Assembly: GCA_023515725.1 (NCBI GenBank)
Contig: JALDTO010000266.1
Location: forward strand, 1,217,580 to 1,281,579
Direction of reading: 5' to 3'
Length of the DNA: 64,000 nucleotides
From: Amoeboaphelidium protococcarum X5
Lineage: Eukaryota > Fungi > Aphelidiomycota
Below the pieces are notes generated by a model. The model searched no databases, was not told where the DNA came from, and saw only the letters and a program-made list of their open reading frames with translations. This document shows, piece by piece, positions 55,397 through 64,000 of the stretch (position 1 is its first letter; each line of letters starts with the position of its first letter). Position numbers and translations under genes: made by a program.

Positions 55397-57061
55397 TCAT
55401 TGACGGAGTTGAAGAAAGTTGCTTGGCGCCCATCCTTCATCAACGACTATCACACTGTCACCACTCTCTTTCAATTTCAACGAGTAGAACCATCCACTAT
55501 CATCCTTCTTAATGACGCGTAAGATATCTCCTTTTTTAAACTTTAGCTCACCATTTTCATTACTGTGATATGAATACTTTGCCTCATACAGATCCTTGAT
55601 GTAATTCCCATCCTGATCTAAAAACGACTCTTGAGTATTAGACTAAAATACAGCCACCGTATTCCGTCTAAGTTCAAATTACTGTCCAGCAATTGGGAGT
55701 GTGTCAGTATCAAGCACATCACATTAAGCTTCTTCTTCTTCAATGAAATACTACGACTAGTTTACTTGTTATTCTTACATGCCAGTCTAATTAAAATCCA
55801 GAGTCCTGATACTCTGCTCAAGCTACTTAAAATCGTCATAATCAATTTGGGACATGTTAAATTCAGATGAGGACTAATCGTCAACGGCATTAATTTCAGG
55901 CAGTGGCTTTGTGTATATCCAGCTCATAGACTCTGCACGTAATCCAATGCCAGCAGCAGTAACGCCTGCACTAGCTTTCTATTCTTGAAGCCCAGAGGAT
56001 AGTTCTAATCGATTTAAAATGTACTATGTTAAGGCAGATTACTGATGATCTTCTAATGTACTCTCTATAATCTTAATGTTCAGACATTGTCGCCACAACA
56101 GACTCACTTCTTAAAAATCAGATAATGGTCCAAATTGAGTAACATTAATGACACGGTCTGTGAAATCCTTCACGGCATCATTATGCTCTGCATAGTGGAA
56201 AGAGACATAATTACCAGCTTTACTGCTACTACTAGAATGATACTCAATATCAAATACACTCTAGAATGGCACAACAGTAGGAAAGTCAAACTCGTTACCA
56301 CACAATACAACGTGATCTTTAGTGATGAGCCACTGAGAGAAAGTCTGAGACTCGGCATGCTCAACGCGGTTCTAGAAGAGTATTTAATACTTAGAGTCAC
56401 TGTAATCTTGAGCGCCCACTTACATCTCCAGCCAGTTCGATTTCAGCTTTAGAAATTCTCTCTCAATCATTGCACCATTAGGAAGCCTCTTCTTATCGTG
56501 AGCTTATGCAGAATCCAGAGGGATAATCAGAATACTACACGTCTATAGCTCATAATCCTTATAGACTACACACAATAGCTTCTTTCTCGTAATATCACCC
56601 TATTAATACTACTAAGTGTACTCACGGAAAGTCATACTACTAGATACATTAGAGCTGGTGTCTGACTATGGTTTTCGCATTACGCTGCCTGGCGACTAAA
56701 CAGGCGACTTGGCCTCGCGTAAAACGGGCGCCACAGGCTCAAACTGAGTGTGCAGATGCAGATCAAGTACATCTGCAAGGTATATAGTTTTTACTTAATT
56801 CTTGCCAGCTATAGAGCGATATTACAGCTATATTTAGAAATTAGATACGCACCATTGAACCTCTCCCTAGAGCACCGTATGATTAGAGTTTAGATAATAA
56901 TGACCCCGCAGTAGAACGCCATCCACATCTGGAGCATCAGTAAATACGCGCTCACTCCTGGAATAGGACAGCTAAATTTTCTTTTTACCGCCGCGGAATA
57001 GACTTGGAATAGACTACAATATGCTATGCTTTCTCTCTTTATTATTATTCTAAATTGTCAT
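55397..57061 (-). CDS. Protein with C-terminal SH3 domain (554 aa); N-terminal region unassigned
   Basis: YEAKYSYHSNENGELKFKKGDILRVIKKDDSGWF...EGWAPSNFLQL*; single open frame with TAR=Gln. Confidence 0.8.
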
Positions 57062-57469
57062 GCTTTGAATATTGTGAATACTATTTTAAAATCAGCAGTT
57101 TAGCAAAGTAAGGTAGTGTTGGTTTAAGGGGTAATTATCAATCAACAAAATTCCGGCGTTTAGTGAAATGATGAGGCTATATACAAAGTTTGCTTTTAGC
57201 GGCATGATTCAAAGATTTAAAGACTCGGAAATTTACTTATAAGCGAAGCTCGGCGATAATCTATGAGTGTTATATATGCGCGTTCGCCTTAATGCTATGA
57301 AATCCGCGTCAAACAATGCATATTGATTTGAGTTGTGTTTGGTACTGTGCTTTGTAACAAACAATGACATACTTGCTTTCTCATACTATGATATCTTCCG
57401 TTCTTTCTCTTTTACATATTTCAGTCTAAATTATTCTCAGATATTTCAATTTTCGAAGATATACTAAGG

Positions 57470-59617
57470 ATGCCTCATAGTACTATACCGTGTTGTCCAA
57501 TCACTCAGATGCCAATGAAGGATCCTGTAATTGATCCTGATGGGAATTCGTATGAGAAAACGGCTATTCTGGAGTGGCTGTAGATTCATGGAGAATCTCC
57601 AATTACTAGACGTCCACTAAGTGCAGCTTAGCTGTTGCCTAATAGAGCTCTGAAGGATTTGATTGAAGGTGGTGGTGACTTGTCGCATGTTGACTCTGCA
57701 GCCACATAAGCTGATAACTTGGCGCCCGCTCTGGATGATCAGTTGGTGAAAGTTGTGAAATGGACTCACAACAACCATTTGGGCGTTACTATCAGTGGCC
57801 CTGACTCAAAGAAGCCTCATCCGATTCATGTCTGTTGCGTCGTTGATATCTCTGGCTCTATGGGAACTGAGGCTACGATTTCCAATCAAGAATCTGATGG
57901 TCTGACTTTATTGGATCTGGTCAAGCACGCTTGCCTGACTATAATTGAGTCTTTGAATGCGTATGACAAGTTATCTCTGATATCCTTCTCTAATGACGCC
58001 ATCGTTGAGCTGGATCCAACGTTGATGACCAAGGGTGGCAAGATTTTGGCCAAGAATGCTCTTCAATAGCTAAAGCCGACTGATTCCACCTATATGAGCA
58101 AAGGTATCAAGTTGGGTATTGAGACTGCAGCCAAGGTGTCTCACGAGCATTTCTCTTCTATTTTCATCTTGACGGATGGAGTTCCAACTGACAATTTGGA
58201 CTATCGTCAGTTGATCAAACGTTAACTTGACCAGAATCCTGTCTACGGATCCATGAGCACGTTTGGCTTCGGGTATTCCTTGGACACTAAGTGTTTGAAG
58301 GGAATCGCTTTGGAAGGCTTTGGGTCTTATAGTTTCATTCCTGATGCTTCAATGGTGGGCACTATATTTGTGAATGCTCTGAGTAATGCTCGTTGCGTAT
58401 ATGGTGTAAATCCGCAGTTGACTATTAACAATTCTAGAATAAAAGTTGTGGGAGATTTTAAGACCAACACCGGGCAGGATTCATAGACGGTGACGGTTTA
58501 GCCTCTTCGCTACGGACAAGATACTACCCTGGTCTTTGACTATAAGCATTCTGGTAATTAGCCCGTTGATATCACTTTAAACTTTGATGGGATCAATGGT
58601 AAGCACATGATAGTATCAGCAGTGCAAGCGGCTGCTGATGATGCTACATTGAATGATATTTTTAAAGTTTTCCAAATCTACCGTGCTGCTCTGGCGGTTG
58701 AATTGTTTGCTGTCTGTGTACAGAAGCAAGAAATCAAAGTTCCTACAGACGTTGAAAGTCGTAGAACTGAATACGAGCTCATTGACAATATATGCAAGGA
58801 CGTTGAGGGTCAGGTATCTCAAGCCTTGTCTAATGATCATTGGTATTCCAAATGGGGTGTCCATTATTTGGTATCTCTCGGTTTTGCTCATATGCTTCAA
58901 TTCTGTAATAACTTTAAGGATCCTGGTGTTCAAGGCTATGGAGGGGTGTTATTCAAGGAGTCTGTAGAGAAGCTGACTGACCTCTTTGTCTCTTTACCTG
59001 CTCCAAAGCCTTCGATTCAACGTCATGCATCATATGGTCGTGGAGGCGCTGCAAGTTCTGCTGCACCTGTTAATATGTCTCGCTACTATAACTCTGGTGG
59101 AGTATGCTTCCATCCTGACAGTCCGGTGGCAATGGCTGATGGGTCTCAGTGTCCCATTAAACATATTCAAAAAGGCGATGAAGTTATAAGTGACAGCGGT
59201 ATTGCTAAAGTTCAATGTCTGGTATAAACAGCGCATCAACAAGAATTTTAGGCATTTGTGCGCATGGGATCTAACGGAAACTTATTGATTACGCCGTATC
59301 ATCCAGTCGCTGTTGATGGCGATGAGTATAAGTTTCCTATTGAATGCAGCTCCGATATTGTCTTAAGTACTGTGCCTTCAGTTTACAATATTGTATTGAC
59401 TGATGGTAATACAATCAGTATTGATGGTGTTTAATGCGTAACTTTGGGACACTCTATTGACAGTGGAGCTGCAAAGCATATGTACTTTGGCTCTCGTCGC
59501 GTCGTTGAAGATTTGAAATAGTTGGCTGGGTACGATCAAGGCTTCGTGTCTATGACTAGTGATTAGATTTATCGGGGTAAAGACGGTACAGTCTGTGCAA
59601 TAAAGCCGTAATTATGA
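57470..59617 (+). CDS. U-box + VWA + Vwaint + Vint (Hint) domain protein (715 aa)
   Basis: U-box [26 protein letters not shown]...[15 protein letters not shown]; [21 protein letters not shown]; Vwaint [25 protein letters not shown]; Hint [42 protein letters not shown]. Confidence 0.9.
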
Positions 59618-59831
59618 GTAGGACGTTTTATATATAGGTTAAATGATGTTGTAATAAAAAAAGGTTAATGGTTTTAATTGATGCTTTATTATCGAATTTA
59701 TGATCCTTGATTCTAAGGCCAGCTGATAAGATTCTGATACATCAAGCAGGATAAAACTAAAAATTCATATTCACTGAAAATCATCATATTATAAAAATTT
59801 TGCGTATTATACAGATACTTTCTCCAAACAA

Positions 59832-61793
59832 ATGCATTTTAAATCCAACTTCTCTAATACAAACTCAATGAGATTGGATAATCGCGATTTGTGTCCCCAT
59901 CTAAAGCGAAAAATGATAAACGGCAAAAAGTTATCTGGATACGATCTCTATAAGGCATTGGGCAGTCCCAAGTGTGTCGTCGCTCCCATGGTGGATGCTT
60001 CTGAACTCCCATGGCGTGTTTTGAGCTCGATTTATGGTGCCCAATTGTGTTATACTCCAATGATTCACGCTAGAATGACTGAACACCAGTTTGAAATTAA
60101 TAGTGCAAATCGATGCTGCAATCATTTTTACGATTCGATGGTCAACGTTTCTGCTGATAGACAGGTGCTCAAGTAGATTGGATATAATCAAGAGGAGATT
60201 GATAGTCCACTTATCGCTTAGATTTGTGCCAATGATCCGGATACTCTGCTGAATGTGGCACGTATGATCGCAGCAGAAGGTCACGTCAAAGCGATCGATC
60301 TTAATCTCGGCTGTCCTCAGGGAATTGCTAAGCGCGGACATTATGGCGCGTTTCTGATGGAGGATTGGGATTTGATTTATCGTCTGATTAATACTTTACA
60401 CAAAGAGCTAGATATCCCGGTCACTGCCAAGATACGCGTCTTTGATGATCTGGATAAGACGATAGAATACGCGCGTATGATCCGCAATGCTGGAGCGTAG
60501 ATTCTGACTGTTCATGGACGAACCAGAGAAATGAAAGGTGTCAACACCGGACTTGCAGACTGGGATAAAATACGTGCGGTTCGCTAAGCTATCACAGATA
60601 TCCCAGTGTTTTCTAATGGAAATATCCTGTATTTTGAAGACATACAATCCTGTTTAGATCATACAGGGTGTGATGCTGTGATGGTCTCCGAGACTAATTT
60701 ATACAATCCCGCTGTATTTGCTCCGTCTCTGGCTCAACCTGAACAATATTTGGATGTAGATTTTTGTGGTAAAGACTTTTTAAGTAAAGCTTAGAACATT
60801 GAGACATATCCTCTCCTGATTGAGCATCCACCAGCTACTCAAGTTGCTATTCAATACGTGTTGGCGGCATTCGGATGCAAGTTTGGTCGGTTGTTAAAGT
60901 TTGATGGTGAAGGGAGCGAATATGACGCTGCACACCGTGATTAATACGTTAATGAAGGTAAATTGATAGTGAAGGTGGATACAACTATGGATGGTAATCT
61001 GAAATTTCACGGCGCGAGTTCCATAGGTGGACACATATTCAAATTGCTTAGATCAATATTGGATGTATTCCCACAATACAGACCTAAGCTTGGAATAGTC
61101 AGAACTTTGGCTGACTATCTGTCTGTCCTTCGGGAGTTGTAGAAGAGGATTGAAGATGATGTCTAGAATGACGAATCGCAATGGTCTTTATTGACACGCG
61201 ACGGTGCTGTAGTCAGAGAATGCACGCCTTAAGGTGTCCCTGTTAAGAATGGCTTCCGAATCCTGCCGTATTGGGTCTTGCAGCCATATGTGCGCTGCCA
61301 TAATTAGGATAAGCCAGCATCCGCAACCGTAACTATTGCTGCATCTGACTAAAGCAATCAAGTTGATAGTGTTGTTAATTAAATCAACTCTTCTAGATCT
61401 CTAACTGCTGAGGAGTCAAAGTAGCATGTGATTGAATAACGAGAATTGCGTAAGGCCAGACGATTGCACTCTCGCATGTAGTAGAAAGAGGACTTTTAAA
61501 GGAAGGTGGCAATGTACGGCAAAGATCGTGTTGCCAATTGGCGTCACTTGAAGTGCGCCGGCTGTAGTAACGTTGCTAGTAGCAGGTGCTTAAGAGTAAA
61601 GTGTTCTCGATGTTGTTAAGAGGCATTTCATTCAAGCACAGAAGCGATTAAGCAATAGGCGGAGTAATGTGGTAATCCTGGATTGCAGTTGAAGGATTTA
61701 CCTCGAGAGTAATTGGTATCAATTTTGTGTCCTTGTCATTGTGGAAACTAGTACAAAAAGTATCTACAGGACAAGGAGAACGTGGAGTAATGA
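59832..61793 (+). CDS. DUS1: tRNA-dihydrouridine synthase 1
   Basis: [63 protein letters not shown]; Cys-rich C-terminus; ends TAA(Q) TGA. Confidence 0.93.
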
Positions 61794-61826
61794 TTGGCCT
61801 AATAGATATCAATACACTTTTTTAAA

Positions 61827-62924
61827 TCACTATTTCGACTTTTTAGGAGAAGAGACTGTAGAGGAACCTGCCTCCTGCTATGTCTCATCTTGGTCTTTTC
61901 TCTTAATCTTCATGGAAGTGGCGGCAGATTACACAGATTTCTGCTTGATCAATCCATCTAGACTCTTAACTTCATTGACTGTGGAGATTGTCTTAGAGGA
62001 TGACTAAAAGCCAATACTAGTTTATGGCTGTGGTTCATCGGCAGATTCTTAAACCAAACTTTTCTACTCCAATTAAGATTTAAGATCAGCCATCTTCTCA
62101 TCCAACTCTGGCAATAAAGATTCAACTTCAGTAACATCTTCACCTGAAGCTTTCTTTGTATTAATGAAACTATTTAAAACAGACTTTGACTAATGCATTT
62201 CCGAAATCGCAGACTTGAAATCATTCTATAACTCATAGACGATTGCTTTTCTAAACTGCAGCTCAGACAATTCGCGGAGGAAGCTGACATTAGATTGACT
62301 TAACGTCTTCTTTATGCCATAAGATTTATCATAGTCCATCAAGGCAGCTTCGAAATTCTCCATCTCCGTTCCCAGATCTCCCAAGGCATTGTATATATCA
62401 GCCAATTGAAGCAGATGAGGACTGCTATCGTCAGATCTGAGGCCAGCCACTAGCTTCTCATAAATCAATCTGCTAGTCTCAAGTGCCTGCCATGCATCAT
62501 CGTAATCATCATTTTAACCTTGATTTCCATCTCCGTCATTCTCATCTGAATCATCTGGACTATCATTGTCATTTTCATCATCTTCCCACTGTTCCTCATC
62601 CTCTTCCTACCCTTCCGCTCCTGATGCCTCTTCAAGTACCTGTTACAAATTAGAGTCGTCCGCATCCTTTACAGCGTCACCAAATAGATTGGCCGCATTA
62701 GACATGCTCAATCCCAAAAGGGCTTTTCCATAGATATACCAGACCAGGCCAAGAGCAGGATGCAGATCATCACCGTCATAGTGAGCGACTGCCTCTTCCA
62801 AAAGACTTACGCTCGTCTCCACAGACTGCTCATACTCATCTTGCATCAACAAATTCTTGGCCACATCAAGCTTAGCCTTCAACTCATGAGGTAAATTCAT
62901 CTCGACCTGCGTATCACTAGTCAT
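61827..62924 (-). CDS. NASP/Sim3/Hif1 histone chaperone (SHNi-TPR)
   Basis: YGKALL, acidic insert, DAWQALETSRLIY, LADIYNALGDLGTEMENFEAALMDY, basic C-terminus; ends TAG(Q) TGA. Confidence 0.85.
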
Positions 62925-63222
62925 TATATATATTTCTGTAACTTAAATAATTACTATCCAAGAGCTTCACAGTGATAAGAAGTTGAATGTATCCGTTATT
63001 CTATTGACTAAAAGAGAATAAGAAGAAGTGAATGGAAAGAACTGACGCGCGACGTGTCGAAAAGACTTTTTTCGTTTCACTTTGAAACCGTTTCAGATGA
63101 AAAACTTAAGCCATATGGATGAATAGCAATCCATTAGGTAGACAATCAATGGACTTAAAAAAGCTAATTTCATTAAAGAATGTTAAGCAATCTATTAATT
63201 ACGATAAGCGATTAGTCTAATA

Positions 63223-64000
63223 TCATCTGTCCAAGTGCATGTTACGCCAGTTGAAAAAGTCAGCCTCCATGATGTACCGACACTGGCCGCATAGATCGAA
63301 TTGGGAGGAGCGTTGCAAATTACCACACAAAGGATAATCAAGTTGACATATTTTGCACCGCTACACTTGAATATCACACTTGGTCTGGAGTTAAAGATCC
63401 ATATCATTTTGCAGATCAATGAACCTTAATTTATTAATACCATGACGGTAGTAAGTTGTTACCAAATCGTCAAAATAGTAAGGTCTCTTTGCAAAAGACT
63501 GTATCTAATCCAGCAGTGAAATTGATACATCAGCTGAACTAATCGGAGCAGATTACGCGCCATAAAAAGTGCCATCCACGGATTAGATGTTGTTTAAACT
63601 AATATTTGACGCACCAAATTTACGGCGTCTTCGTCTAACGGCTGTCTATGGCTTTTACTTCCCAAAGTTAGAGGAGGCTGCATTTTCTACCCTCGCGTCC
63701 AAAGTAATACAGCGGCCGTTGTTCAACAAAAACAGAATTTAATCAGAGCCAAACAGCCTTACACAAACCCACTCGGATGGTTTTTCTGTATCACGGTCGG
63801 TGGATGTGTAGCACTACCAGACTAGCAGTGCATCGATATCATCATCACATAGCGCATGTGCAGTCAGGCTCATAACAATCTAAAACACTTGATGACATTC
63901 TAATTAAATCCGACTGAAACATGATTCTATGGATTAACGATCAGTTGATACACTGGAGGTTGAGTAACCATCTGTCTAATGGATTAAGCCAAATATTCTA
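63223..64000 (-). CDS. 3' part of an unknown gene with a C-terminal CxxC...CxxC motif (5' partial)
   Basis: 259 codons open with TAR=Gln to TGA 63223-63225; RCKICQLDYPLC...LCGQCRY. Confidence 0.6.

Noticed and set aside
59105-59617. Calling the C-terminal Hint domain a mobile intein
   Set aside because: No terminal His-Asn plus Cys/Ser/Thr, no endonuclease and no C-extein; the context is the VWA-Vwaint-Vint architecture.
63115-63520. Plus-strand ORF starting at ATG 63115
   Set aside because: It overlaps a longer, more protein-like minus-strand frame (63223..64000) and has no recognisable motif.

Overview
Gene-dense, intron-poor nuclear DNA from a fungus-related eukaryote that uses a non-standard genetic code. 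TAA and TAG are read as Gln and TGA is the only stop (ciliate-type code, translation table 6). This is why the supplied ORF track is fragmented: re-read with TAR=Gln, the fragments join into about 32 continuous genes that all end in TGA. Fungal-like genes (RIM15, fungalysin M36, Crinkler) plus this code fit an aphelid such as Amoeboaphelidium; that assignment is inference. Housekeeping genes include PRP8, VMA1, YRB1, EMP24, SER1, a TFIIIA-like protein, PCM1, IST3, PRP18, CEX1, SDH6, muskelin, DOM34, TRA2, SF3A2, COX12, DUS1 and NASP, plus an alternative oxidase and a tRNA-Asn. Accessory content includes a U-box/VWA/Vwaint/Vint(Hint) putative self-cleaving ubiquitin ligase, two Crinkler-type NTPase(-nuclease) pseudogenes, two dispersed paralogous GPI-anchored surface proteins with a CSC motif, a tandem pair of small coiled-coil genes (one with a 21-bp heptad repeat), an orphan secreted protein and a decayed kinase. 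All coordinates and translations were derived by hand, without database searches.
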